Source of the DNA: Eledone cirrhosa
Lineage: Eukaryota
Direction: 5' to 3'
NCBI GenBank assembly: GCA_964016885.1
Contig: OZ024742.1
Location: 316,138,001-316,202,000, forward strand
DNA length: 64,000 nucleotides
Of this stretch, positions 28,499 through 41,200 are shown piece after piece. A model generated the notes under the pieces. It saw only the letters and a list, made by a program, of their open reading frames with translations. It was not told the origin of the DNA and searched no databases. Each line of letters starts with the position of its first letter. Position 1 is the stretch's first letter. The translations under genes were made by a program, and so were the position numbers.

Positions 28499-29251
28499 TT
28501 TGGTGTTGGTGTTAGTGTTGGTGGTGTTGGTGTTGGTGTTGGTGGGGGTGTTGGTGTTGGTGGTGGTGTTGGTGTTGTTGGTGGTCTTGGTGTTGGTGAT
28601 GGTGTTGGAGTTGGTGTTGGTGTTGGTGGTGGTGTTGGTGTTGGTGGTGGTGTTGGAGTTGGTGTTGGTGTTGGTGGTGGTGTTGGTGTTGGTGTTAGTG
28701 TTGGAGTTGTTGGTGTTGGTGTTGGTGGTGTTGGAGTTGGTGCTGGTGGTGTTGCTGGTGTTGTTGGCGTTGTTGGTGTTGGTGTTGGTTTTGTTGGAGT
28801 TGGTGTTGGTGGTGTTGCTGGTGTTGTTGGTGTTGTTGGTGTTGGTGTTGGTGTTGGTGTTGGTGGTGTTGTTGGTGTCGGTGTTGTTGGTGTTGGTGTT
28901 GGTGTTGTTGGTGTTGCTGTTGGTATTGTTGGTGTTGGTGTTGGTGGTGTTGGTGTTGTTGGTGTTGTTGGTGGTGGTGTTGGTGTTGGTGGTGGTGTTG
29001 TAGGTGGTGTTGTTGTTGGTGTTGGTGGTGTTGTTGTTGGTGTTGTTGGTGTTGTTGGTGGTGTTGTTGGTGGTGTTCTTGTTGGTGTTGGGGGTGTTGT
29101 TGGTGGTGGTGTTGGTGTTGGTGTTGGTGGTGGTGTTGTAGGTGGTGTTTTTGTTAGTGTTGGTGGTGTTGTTGTTGGTGTTGTTGGTGTTGTTGGTGTT
29201 GTTGGTGGCGGTGTTGGTGTTGGGGTGTTGTTGGTGTTGTTGGTGTTGGTG

Positions 29252-29283
<32 letters not shown>

Positions 29284-32200
29284 GTTGGTGTTGGTGTTGG
29301 TGGTGGTGGTGGTGTTGGTGTTGTTGGTGTTGGTGGTGGTGTTGGTGTTGGTCTTGGTGATGTTGGTGTTGGTGTTGTTGGTGTTGGTGTTGTTGGTGTT
29401 GGTGTTGGTGTTGGTGTTGGTGTTGGTGTTGTTGGTGTTGGTGTTGGTGTTGGTGTTGGTGGTGTTGGTGGTGTTGGTGTTGGTCTGGTTGGTGTAGGTG
29501 TTGTTGGTGTTGGTGTTGGTGTTGGTGTTGTCGGTGTTGGTGTTGGTGTTGTTGGTGTTGGTGTTGGTGTTGGTGGTTTTGGTGTTGGTCTGGTTGGTGT
29601 TGGTGTTACTGGTGTTGGTGTTGTTGGTGTTGGTGTTGGTGTTGGTGGTGTTGTGTTGGTCTGGTTGGTGTTGGTGTTGTTGGTGTTGGTGTTGGTGGTG
29701 GTGTTGTTGGTGTTGGTGTTGGTGTTGTTGGTGTTGTTGTTGGTGTTGGTGGTGGTGTTGGTGTTGGTGTTGGTGTTGTTGGTGTTGGTGTTGGTGCTGG
29801 TGTTGGTGTTGGCGTTGGTGTTGGTGTTGGTCTTGTTGGTGTTGGTGTTAGTGTTGTGGGTGTTGGTGTTGGTGTTGGTGGTGGTGTTGGTGTTGGTGGT
29901 GGTGTTGGTGTTGGTCTGGTTGGTGTTGGTGGTGGTGTTGGTGTTGGTGGTGGTGTTGGTGTTGGTGTTGGTGTTGGTGTTGGTGGTGGTGTTGGTGGTG
30001 GTGTTGGTGGTGGTGGTGGTGTTGGTGGTGGTGTTGTTGGTGTTGGTGTTGGTGTTGGTGTTGGTCTGGTTGGTGTTGGTGGTGGTGGTGGTGGTGTTGG
30101 TGTTGGTGGTGGTGTTGGTGTTGGTCTGGTTGGTGTTGGTGTTGGTATTGGTGTTGGTGTTGTTGGTGGTTTTGGTGTTGGTGTTGGTGGTGTTGTTGGT
30201 GTTGGTGGTGGTTTGGTGTTGGTGTTAGTGTTGGTGGTGTTGGTGTTGGTGTTGGTGGGGGTGTTGGTGTTGGTGGTGGTGTTGGTGTTGTTGGTGGTCT
30301 TGGTGTTGGTGATGGTGTTGGAGTTGGTGTTGGTGTTGGTGGTGGTGTTGGTGTTGGTGTTAGTGTTGGAGTTGTTGGTGTTGGTGTTGGTGGTGTTGGA
30401 GTTGGTGCTGGTGGTGTTGCTGGTGTTGTTGGCGTTGTTGGTGTTGGTGTTGGTTTTGTTGGAGTTGGTGTTGGTGGTGTTGCTGGTGTTGTTGGTGTTG
30501 TTGGTGTTGGTGTTGGTGTTGGTGTTGGTGGTGTTGTTGGTGTCGGTGTTGTTGGTGTTGGTGTTGGTGTTGTTGGTGTTGCTGTTGGTATTGTTGGTGT
30601 TGGTGTTGGTGGTGTTGGTGTTGTTGGTGTTGTTGGTGGTGGTGTTGGTGTTGGTGGTGGTGTTGTAGGTGGTGTTGTTGTTGGTGTTGGTGGTGTTGTT
30701 GTTGGTGTTGTTGGTGTTGTTGGTGGTGTTGTTGGTGGTGTTCTTGTTGGTGTTGGGGGTGTTGTTGGTGGTGGTGTTGGTGTTGGTGTTGGTGGTGGTG
30801 TTGTAGGTGGTGTTTTTGTTAGTGTTGGTGGTGTTGTTGTTGGTGTTGTTGGTGTTGTTGGTGTTGTTGGTGGCGGTGTTGGTGTTGGTGTTGTTGGTGG
30901 TGTTGTTGGTGGTGTTCTTGTTGGTGTTGGGGTGTTGTTGGTGTTGTTGGTGTTGGTGTTGTTGTTGTTGTTGTTGTTGTTGGTGGTGGTGTTGGTGTTG
31001 GTGTTGGTGGTGGTGGTGGTGTTGGTGTTGTTGGTGTTGGTGGTGGTGTTGGTGTTGGTCTTGGTGATGTTGGTGTTGGTGTTGTTGGTGTTGGTGTTGT
31101 TGGTGTTGGTGTTGGTGTTGGTGTTGGTGTTGGTGTTGTTGGTGTTGGTGTTGGTGTTGGTGTTGGTGGTGTTGGTGGTGTTGGTGTTGGTCTGGTTGGT
31201 GTAGGTGTTGTTGGTGTTGGTGTTGGTGTTGGTGTTGTCGGTGTTGGTGTTGGTGTTGTTGGTGTTGGTGTTGGTGTTGGTGGTTTTGGTGTTGGTCTGG
31301 TTGGTGTTGGTGTTACTGGTGTTGGTGTTGTTGGTGTTGGTGTTGGTGTTGGTGGTGTTGTGTTGGTCTGGTTGGTGTTGGTGTTGTTGGTGTTGGTGTT
31401 GGTGGTGGTGTTGTTGGTGTTGGTGTTGGTGTTGTTGGTGTTGTTGTTGGTGTTGGTGGTGGTGTTGGTGTTGGTGTTGGTGTTGTTGGTGTTGGTGTTG
31501 GTGCTGGTGTTGGTGTTGGCGTTGGTGTTGGTGTTGGTCTTGTTGGTGTTGGTGTTAGTGTTGTGGGTGTTGGTGATGGTGTTGGTGGTGGCGTTGGTGT
31601 TGGTGGTGGTGTTGGTGTTGGTCTGGTTGGTGTTGGTGGTGGTGTTGGTGTTGGTGGTGGTGTTGGTGTTGGTGTTGGTGTTGGTGTTGGTGGTGGTGTT
31701 GGTGGTGGTGTTGGTGGTGGTGGTGGTGTTGGTGGTGGTGTTGTTGGTGTTAGTGTTGGTGTTGGTGTTGGTCTGGTTGGTGTTGGTGGTGGTGGTGGTG
31801 GTGTTGGTGTTGGTGGTGGTGTTGGTGTTGGTCTGGTTGGTGTTGGTGTTGGTATTGGTGTTGGTGTTGTTGGTGGTTTTGGTGTTGGTGTTGGTGGTGT
31901 TGTTGGTGTTGGTGGTGGTTTGGTGTTGGTGTTAGTGTTGGTGGTGTTGGTGTTGGTGTTGGTGGGGGTGTTGGTGTTGGTGGTGGTGTTGGTGTTGTTG
32001 GTGGTCTTGGTGTTGGTGATGGTGTTGGAGTTGGTGTTGGTGTTGGTGGTGGTGTTGGTGTTGGTGGTGGTGTTGGAGTTGGTGTTGGTGTTGGTGGTGG
32101 TGTTGGTGTTGGTGTTAGTGTTGGAGTTGTTGGTGTTGGTGTTGGTGGTGTTGGAGTTGGTGCTGGTGGTGTTGCTGGTGTTGTTGGCGTTGTTGGTGTT

Positions 32201-35200
32201 GGTGTTGGTTTTATTGGAGTTGGTGTTGGTGGTGTTGCTGGTGTTGTTGGTGTTGTTGGTGTTGGTGTTGGTGTTGGTGTTGGTGGTGTTGTTGGTGTCG
32301 GTGTTGTTGGTGTTGGTGTTGGTGTTGTTGGTGTTGCTGTTGGTATTGTTGGTGTTGGTGTTGGTGTTGTTGGTGTTGTTGGTGTTGTTGGTGTTGGTAT
32401 TGTTGGTGTTGGTGTTGTTGGTTTTGGTGTTGGTGTTGTTGGTGTTGGTATTGTTGGTATTGGTGTTGGTGTTGTTGGTGTTGGTGTTCGTGTTGTTGGT
32501 GTTGGTGTTGGTATTGGTGGTGTTGGTGTTGGTGTTGTTGGTATTGGTGTTCGTGTTGTTGGTGTTGGTGTTGGTATTGTTGGAGTTGGTGTTGGTATTG
32601 TTGGTGTTGGTGTTGGTGTTGTTGGTGTTGTTGGTGTTGGTGTTGGTGTTGTTGTTGTTGGTGTTGGTGTTGTTGGTGGTGGTGGTGTTGGTGTTGGTGT
32701 TGGTGTTGGTGTTGTTGGTGTTGGTGTTGGTGTTGTTGGTGTTGGTGTTGGTGTTGTTGGTGGTGGTGGTGTTGGTGTTGGTGTTGGTGTTGGTGTTGTT
32801 GGTGTTGGTGTTGGTGTTGGTGTTGGTGTTGTTGGTGGTGGTGTTGTTGGTGTTGGTATTGTTGGTGTTGGTGTTGTTGTTGTTGGTGGTGGTGGTTTTG
32901 TTGGTGTTGTTGGTGTAGGTGTTGGTGTTGTTGGTGTTGGTGATGTTGGTGTTGGTGTTGGTGTTGTTGGTGTTGGTGTTGTTGGTGTTGGTGTTGGTAT
33001 TGTTGGTGTTGGTGTTGTTGGTGTTGTTGGTGTTGGTGGTGGTGTTGGTGTTGGTGGTGTTGTTGGTGTTGGTGGTGATGTTGGTGTTGGTGTTGGTGTT
33101 GGTGTTGGTGTTGGTGTTAGTGTTGCTGTTGTTGTTGGTGGTGGTGTTGGTGTTGGTGGTGGTGTTGGTGTTGGTGTTGGTGGTGGTGTTGGTGTTGGTC
33201 TGGTTGGTGTTGGTGTTGGTGTTGGTGTTGGTGGTGGTGTTGGTGTTGTCTGGTTGGTGTTGGTGTTGGTGTTGGTGTTGGTGGTGGTGTTGGTGTTGGT
33301 CTGGTTGGTGTTGGTGTTGGTGTTGGTGTTGGTGATGTTCTGGTTGGTGTTGGTGTTGGTGCTGGTGTTGGTGGTGGTGATGGTGTTGGTGGTGGTTTTG
33401 GAGTTGGTGTTGGTGTTGGTGGTGGTGTTGGTGTTGGTGGTGGTGTTGGAGTTGGTGTTGGTGTTGGTGGTGGTGTTGGTGTTGGTGTTAGTGTTGGAGT
33501 TGTTGGTGTTGGTGCTGGTGGTGTTGGAGTTGGTGCTGGTGGTGTTGCTGGTGTTGTTGGCGTTGTTGGTGTTGGTGTTGGTTTTGTTGGAGTTGGTGTT
33601 GGTGGTGTTGCTGGTGTTGTTGGTGTTGTTGGTGTTGGTGTTGGTGTTGGTGGTGTTGTTGGTGTCGGTGTTGTTGGTGTTGGTGTTGGTGTTGTTGGTA
33701 TTGCTGTTGGTATTGTTGGTGTTGGTGTTGGTGTTGTTGGTGTTGTTGGTGTTGTTGGTGTTGGTATTGTTGGTGTTGGTGTTGTTGGTTTTGGTGTTGG
33801 TGTTGTTGGTGTTGGTATTGTTGGTATTGGTGTTGGTGTTGTTGGTGTTGGTGTTCGTGTTGTTGGTGTTGGTGTTGGTATTGGTGGTGTTGGTGTTGGT
33901 GTTGTTGGTATTGGTGTTGGTGTTGTTGGTGTTGGTGTTGGTATTGTTGGAGTTGGTGTTGGTATTGTTGGTGTTGGTGTTGGTGTTGTTGGTGTTGTTG
34001 GTGTTGGTGTTGGTGTTTTTGTTGTTGGTGTTGGTGTTGTTGGTGGTGTTGGTGTTGGTGTTGGTGTTGTTGGTGTTGGTGTTGGTGTTGTTGGTGTTGG
34101 TGTTGGTGTTGTTGGTGGTGGTGGTGTTGGTGTTGGTGTTGGTGTTGGTGTTGTTGGTGTTGGTGTTGGTGTTGGTGTTGTTGGTGGTGGTGTTGTTGGT
34201 GTTGGTATTGTTGGTGTTGGTGTTGTTGTTGTTGGTGGTGGTGGTTTTGTTGGTGTTGTTGGTGTAGGTGTTGGTGTTGTTGGTGTTGGTGATGTTGGTG
34301 TTGGTGTTGGTGTTGTTGGTGTTGGTGTTGTTGGTGTTGGTGTTGGTATTGTTGGTGTTGGTGTTGTTGGTGTTGTTGGTGTTGGTGGTGGTGTTGGTGT
34401 TGGTGGTGTTGTTGGTGTTGGTGGTGATGTTGGTGTTGGTGTTGGTGTTGGTGTTGGTGTTGGTGTTAGTATTGCTGTTGTTGTTGGTGGTGGTGTTGGT
34501 GTTGGTGGTGGTGTTGGTGTTGGTGTTGGTGGTGGTGTTGGTGTTGGTCTGGTTGGTGTTGGTGTTGGTGTTGGTGTTGGTGGTGGTGTTGGTGTTGTCT
34601 GGTTTGTGTTGGTGTTGGTGTTGGTGTTGGTGGTGGTGTTGGTGTTGGTCTGGTTGGTGTTGGTGTTGGTGTTGGTGTTGGTGATGTTCTGGTTGGTGTT
34701 GGTGTTGGTGCTGGTGTTGGTGGTGGTGATGGTGGTGGTGGTGGTGTTGGTGTTGGTCTGGTTGCTGTTGGTGTTGTTGATGGTGTTGGTGTTGGTGTTG
34801 TTGCTGTTAGTGTTGGTGTTGTTGGTGTTGGTGTTGGTGTTGTTGGTGGTGGTGGTGTTGTTGGTGTTGTTGGCGTAGGTGTTGGTGTTGTTGGTGTTGG
34901 TGTTGTTGTTGTTGGTGGTGGTGGTGTTGTTGGTGTTGTTGGCGTAGGTGTTGGTGTTGTTGGTGTTGGTGTTGTTGGTGTTGGTTTTGGTGTTGGTGTT
35001 GTTGGTGTTGGTGTTGGTATTGTTGGTGTTGGTGTTATTGGTGTTGTTGGTGTTGGTGGTGGTGTTGGTGTTGGTGGTGTTGTTGGTGTTGGTGTTGGTG
35101 TTGGTGGTGATGTTAGTGTTGCTGTTGGTGTTGGTGGTGGTGTTGGTGTTGGTGGTGGTGTTGGTGTTGGTGTTGGTGTTGGTCTGGTTGGTGTTGGTGT

Positions 35201-38200
35201 TGAGGGTGTTGGTGTTCGTGTTGGTGCTGGTGGTGGTGTTGGTGTTGGTGGTGGTGTTGGTGTTGGTCTGGTTGGTGTTGGTGTTGCTGTTGGTGTTGGT
35301 GGTGGTGTTGGTGTTGGTCTGGTTGGTGTTGGTGTTGGTGCTGGTGTTGGTGGTGGTGATGGTGTTGGTGGTGGTGTTGGTGTTGGTGTTGGTGCTGGTG
35401 GTGGTGTTGGTGTTGGTGTTGGTGTTGGTGTTGGTCTGGTTGGTGTTGGTGTTGGTCTGGTTAGTGTTGGTGTTGGTCTGGTTGGTGTTGGTGTTGGTGC
35501 TGGTGTTGGTGGTGGTGATGGTGTTGGTGGTGGTGTTGGTGTTGGTCTGGTTGCTGTTGGTGTTGGTGTTGGTGGTGGTGTTGGTGTTGGTGTTGGTGGT
35601 TGTGTTGGTGTTGGTGTTGTTGGTGGTGTTGGTGGTGGTGTTGGTGGTGGTGTTGGAGATGTTGGTGTTGGTGTTGGTGTTGGTGTTGTTGGTGTTGGTG
35701 TTGGTGTTGTTGGTGTTGGTGTTGGTGGTGTTGTTGGGGTTGGTGGTGGTGTTGGTGTTGGTGATGGTGTTGTTGGTGTTGGTGTTGGTGTTGGTGTTGG
35801 TGTTGTTGGTGTTGGTGTTGGTGTTGTTGGTGTTGGTGTTGGTGTTGGTGGTGTTGTTGGTGTTGGTGGTGGTGTTGGTGGTGGTGTTGGTGTTGGTGTT
35901 GGTGGTGTTGGTGTTGGTGTTGGTGTCGGTGTTGGTGGTGTTGGTGTTGGTGTTGGTGTTGGTGTTGTTGGTGGCGTTGGTGTTAGTGGTGGTGTTGGAG
36001 TTGGTGTTGGTGTTGGTGGTGGTGTTGGTGTTGGTGTTGGTGGTGTTGTTGGTGTTGGTGTTGTTGTTGTTGGTGGTGGTGGTGTTGTTGGTGTTGGTGT
36101 TGGTATTGTTGGTGTTGCTGTTGGTATTGTTGGTGTTGGTGTTGGTGTTGTTGGTGTTGTTGGTGGTGTTGGTGTTGTTGTTGTTGGTAGTGGTGGTGTT
36201 GTTGGTGTTGGTGTTGTTGGTGTTGGTGTTGGTGTTGGTGTTGGTATTGGTGATATTGGTGTTGGCGTTGTTGGTGTTGTTGGTGTTGGTGTTGGTGTTG
36301 TTGGTGTTGGTGTTGGTGTTGGTGGTGTTGTTGGTGTTGGTGGTGTTGGTGTTGGTGTTGTTGGTGTTGGTGTTGGTGTTGGTGGTGTTGGTGTTGGTCT
36401 GGTTGGTGTTGGTGTTGTTGGTGTTGGTTGTGGTTTTTGTTGGTGTTGGTGATGGTGTTGGTGTTGTTGGTGGTGGTGCTGGTGTTGGTGGTGCTGGTGT
36501 TGGTCTGGTTGGTATTGGTGTTGTTGGTGTTGGTGTTGGTGGTGGTGTTGTTGGTGTTGGTGTTGGTGTTGGTGTTGGTGTTGGTATTGTTGGTGTCGGT
36601 GTTGGTGTTGGTGGTGTTGGTCTGGTTGGTGTTGGTGTTGTTGGTGTTGGTGTTGGTCGTGGTGTTGTTGGTGTTGTTGTTGTTGGTGTTGGTGTTGGTC
36701 TGGTTGGTGCTGGTGTTGGTGTTGGTGGTGGTGTTGGTGTTGGTGTTGGTGTTGGTGTTGGTGGTGGTGTTGGTGTTGGTGTTGGTGTTGGTGTTGTTGG
36801 TGGTGTTGGTGGTGGTGTTGGTGGTGGTGTTGGTGATGTTGGTGTTGGTGTTGTTGGTGTTGGTGTTGGTGTTGTTGGTGTTGGTGTTAGTGTTGGTGGT
36901 GTTGTTGGTGGTGGTGTTGGTGTTGGTGTTCGTGTTGTTGGTGTTGGTGTTGGTGTTGGTGGTGGTGTTGGTGTTGGTGTTGGTTTGGTGTTGGTGTTGG
37001 TGTTGTTGGTGGTGTTGGTGTTGGTTTTGTTGGTGGTGTTGGTGTTGGTGATGGAGTTGGTGTTGGTATTGTTGGTGGTGTTGGTGTTGGTGGTGGTGTT
37101 GGAGTTGGTGTTGGTGTTGGTGGTGGTGTTGGTGTTGGTATTGTTGGGGTTGGTTTTGGTGTTGGTGGTGTTGCTGATGTTGTTGGTGTTGTTGTTGTTG
37201 TTGGTGGTGGTGTTGTTGGTGTTGTTGGTGTTGTTGGTGTTGGTGGTGGTGGTGTTGGTGGTGGTGGTGTTGGTGCTGGTGTTGTTGGTGTTGGTGTTGT
37301 TGGTGTTGGTGTTGTTGGTGGTGGTGGTGTTGGTGTTGGTGTTGTTGTTGTTCTTGGTGGTGGTGTTGTTGGTGTTGTTGGTGTAGGTGTTGGTGTTGTT
37401 GGTGTTGGTGTTGGTGTTGTTGGTGTTGGTGGTGGTGGTGTTGTTGGTGTTGTTGGTGTTGGTATTGTTGGTATTGGTGTTGGTGTTGTTGGTGTTGGTG
37501 GTGGTGGTGTTGGTGGTGGTGGTGTTGGTGCTGGTGTTGTTGGTGTTGTTGGTGTTGGTGTTGGTATTGTTGGTGTTGGTGTTGTTGGTGTTGGTGTTGT
37601 TGGTGGTGGTGGTGTTGGTGTTGGTGTTGTTGTTGTTCTTGGTGGTGGTGTTGTTGGTGTTGTTGGTGTAGGTGTTGGTGTTGTTGGTGTTGGTGTTGTT
37701 GGTGTTGTTGGTGGTGGTGTTGGTGTTGTTGGTGTTGGTGGTGTTGTTGGAGTTGGTGTTGATGGTGGTGGTGTTGTTGGTGTTGGTATTGGTGGTGGTG
37801 TTGGTGCTGTTGGTGTTGGTGTTGGTGTTGGTGTTGGTGTTGTTTGTGTTGCTGTTGGTGTTGTTGGTGTTGCTGTTCGTATTGTTGGTGTTGGTGTTGG
37901 TGTTGTTGGTGTTGGTGTTGGTGTTGTTGGTGTTCGTGTTGTTGGTATTGGTGTTGGTGTTGTTGGTGTTGGTGTTGTTGGTGTTGGTGTTGGTGGTGGT
38001 GGTGTTGGTGTTGTTGGTGTTGTTGGTGTTGTTGGTGTTGGTATTGTTGGTGTTGGTGTTGGTGTTGTTGGTGTTCGTGTTGTTGGTATTGGTGTTGGTG
38101 TTGTTGGTGTTGGTGTTGTTGGTGTTGGTGTTGGTGGTGGTGGTGTTGGTGTTGTTGGTGTTGTTGGTGTTGTTGGTGTTGGTATTGTTGGTGTTGGTGT

Positions 38201-41200
38201 TGGTGTTGTTGGTGTTCGTGTTGTTGGTATTGGTGTTAGTGTTGTTGGTGTTGGTGTTGTTGGTGTTGGTGTTGGTGGTGGTGGTGTTGGTGTTGTTGGT
38301 GTTGGTGTTGGTGGTGGTGGTGTTGGTGTTGTTGGTGTTGTTGGTGTTGTTGGTGTTGGTATTGTTGGTGTTGGTGTTGGTGTTGTTGGTGTTCGTGTTG
38401 TTGGTATTGGTGTTGGTGTTGTTGGTGTTGGTGTTGTTGGTGTTGGTGTTGGTGGTGGTGGTGTTGTTGGTGTTGGTGTTGGTGGTGGTGGTGTTGGTGT
38501 TGTTGGTGTTGTTGGTGTTGTTGGTGTTTGTGTTGGTGTTGGTGTTGGTGTTGGTGGTGTTGGTGTTTGTGTTGGTGTTGGTGTTGGTGGTGGTGTTGGT
38601 GGTGGTGCTAGTGTTGGTGTTGGTGTTGGTGTTGTTGTTGCTGTTGGTGGTGTTGGAGTTTGTGTTGGTTTTTGGTGTTGGTGTTGGTTTTGGTGTTAGT
38701 GTTGGTGTTGGTGTTGCTGTTGGTGTTTTTGGTGTTGGTGTTGGTGTTGGTGGTGTTGGTGTTGGTGTTTGTGTTGGTGTTGGTCTTGGTGGTGGTGTTG
38801 GTGATGGTGTTAGTGTTGGTGTTAATGGTGGTGTTGGTGTTGGTGTTTGTGTTGGTGTTGGTGGTGGTGTTGGTGTTGGTGTTGATGTTGGTATTGCTGG
38901 TGTTGTTGGTGGTGGTGTTGGCGTTGGTGGTGGTGTTGGTGTTGGTGTTGGTGTTGCTGGTGTTGTTGGTGGTGTTGGTGTTGGTGTTGCTGTTGTTGGT
39001 GGTGGTTGTGTTGGTGTTGTTGGTGTTGGTGTTGGTATTGTTGGTGTTGGTGTTGGTGTTGTTGTTGTTGGTGTTGTTGGTGTTGCTGTTGTTGGTGTTG
39101 GTGTCGTTGGTGTTGGTGTTGGTATTGTTGGTGTTGGTGTTGTTGTTGGTGTTGTTGGTGCTGGCGTTGTTGGTGTTGGTGTTGGTGTTGTTGGTGTTGG
39201 TGTTGGTGTTGTTGGTGTTGGTATTGTTGGTGTTGGTGTTGGTATTGTTGTTGTTGGTGTTGGTGTTGTTGGTGTTGCTGGTGTTGGTGTTGTTGGTGTT
39301 GTTGGTGTTGGTATTGTCGGCGTTGGTGTTGTTGGTGTTGGTGTTCGTAGTGTTGTTGGTGTTGGTGTTGTTGTTGTTGGTGGTGGTGGTGTTGTTGGTG
39401 TTGGTGTTGTTGGTGTTGGTGTTCGTGTTGTTGGTGTTGTTGGTGTTGCTGTTGGTGTTGTTGGTGTTGTTGGTGTTGCTGTTGGTATTGTTGTTGTTGG
39501 TGTTGGTGTTGTTGGTGTTGTTGGTGTTGGTGTTGTTGGTGTTGTTGGTGTTAGTATTGTCGGCGTTAGTGTTGTTGGTGTTGGTGTTTGTGTTGTTGGT
39601 GTTGGTGTTGGTATTGTTGGTGTTGGTGTTGGTGTTGTTGTTGTTGGTGGTGGTGGTGTTGTTGGTGTTGTTGGTGTTGGTGTTGGTATTGTTGGTGTTG
39701 GTGTTGGTGTTGGTGTTGGTGTTGGTGTTGGTATTGGTGATATTGGTGTTGGCGTTGTGCGTGTTGTTGGTGTTGGTGTTGGTGTTGGTGTTGGTGTTGG
39801 TGGTGTTGGTGTGAGTGTTGGTGTTGGTGGTGTTGTTGGTGTTGGTGGTGTTGGTGTTGGTGTTGTTGGTGTTGGTGTTGGTGTTGGTGGTGTTGGTGTT
39901 GGTCTGGTTGGTGTTGGTGTTGTTGGTGTTGGTTGTGGTTTTTGTTGGTGTTGGTGTTGGTGTTGGTGTTGTTCGTATTGGTGCTGGTGTTGGTGGTGCT
40001 GGTGTTGGTCTGGTTGGTGTTGGTGTTTTTGGTGTTGGTGTTGGTAATGGTGTTGTTGGTGTTGGTGTTGGTGTTGGTGTTGGTGTTGGTGTTGTTGGTG
40101 TCGGTGTTGGTGATGGTGTTGTTGGTGTTGGTGTTGGTGTTGGTGTTGTTGGTGTCGGTGTTGGTGTTGGTGGTGTTGGTCTGGTTGGTGTTGGTGTTGT
40201 TGGTGTTGGTGTTGGTCGTGGTGTTGTTGGTGTTAGCGTTGGTATTGTTGGTGTTCTTGTTGGTGTTGGTGGTGTTGTTGTTGTTGGTGTTGGTGTTGGT
40301 CTGGTTGGTGCTGGTGTTGGTATGGTGGTGGTGTTGGTGTTGGTGTTGGTGTTGGTGTTGGTATTGTTGGTGTTGGTGTTGGTGTTGGTGTTGTTGGTGG
40401 TGTTGGTGGTGGTGTTGGTGGTGGTGTTGGTGATGTTGGTGTTGGTGTTGGTGGTGTTGGTGTTGGTGTTGTTGGTGTTGGTGTTAGTGTTGGTGGTGTT
40501 GTTGGTGTTGGTTGTGGTGTTGGTGTTGGTGTTCGTGTTGTTTGTGTAGCTGTTGGTGTTGTTGGTGTTGCTGTTCGTATTGTTGGTGTTGGTGTTGGTG
40601 TCGGTATTGTTGGTGTTGGTGTTGATGTTGGTGGTGTTGTTGGTGTTGGTGTTGGTGTTGTTGTTGTTGTTGGTGGTGGTGTTGTTGGTGTTGGTGTTGG
40701 TGTTGTTGGTTGTGGTGGTGTTGTTGGTGTTGGAGTTGGTGTTGGTATTGGTGTTGTTGTTGTCGGTGGTGTTGGTGTTGGTGTTGGTGTTGGTGTTGGT
40801 GGTGTTGTTGGTGTTGGTGTTGGTGGTGGTGTTGGTGTTGTTGGTGGTGTTGGTGTTGGTGTTGGTGTTGGTGTTGGTGTTGGTGTTGGTGGTGTTGCTG
40901 GTGTTGGTGTTAGGGTTGCTGTTGGTGTTGGTGGTGGTGTTGGTGTTGGTGGTGGTGTTGGTGTTGGTGTTGGTGGTGTTGGTGTTGGTGTTGGTGTTGG
41001 TGTTGTTGGTGGCGTTGGTGTTAGTGGTGGTGTTGGAGTTGGTGTTGGTGTTGGTGGTGGTGTTGGTGTTGGTGTTGGTGGTGTTGTTGGTGTTGGTGTT
41101 GGTATTGTTGGTGTTGCTGTTGGTATTGTTGGTGTTGGTGTTGGTGTTGTTGGTGTTGTTGGTGGTGTTGGTGTTGTTGTTGTTGGTAGTGGTGGTGTTG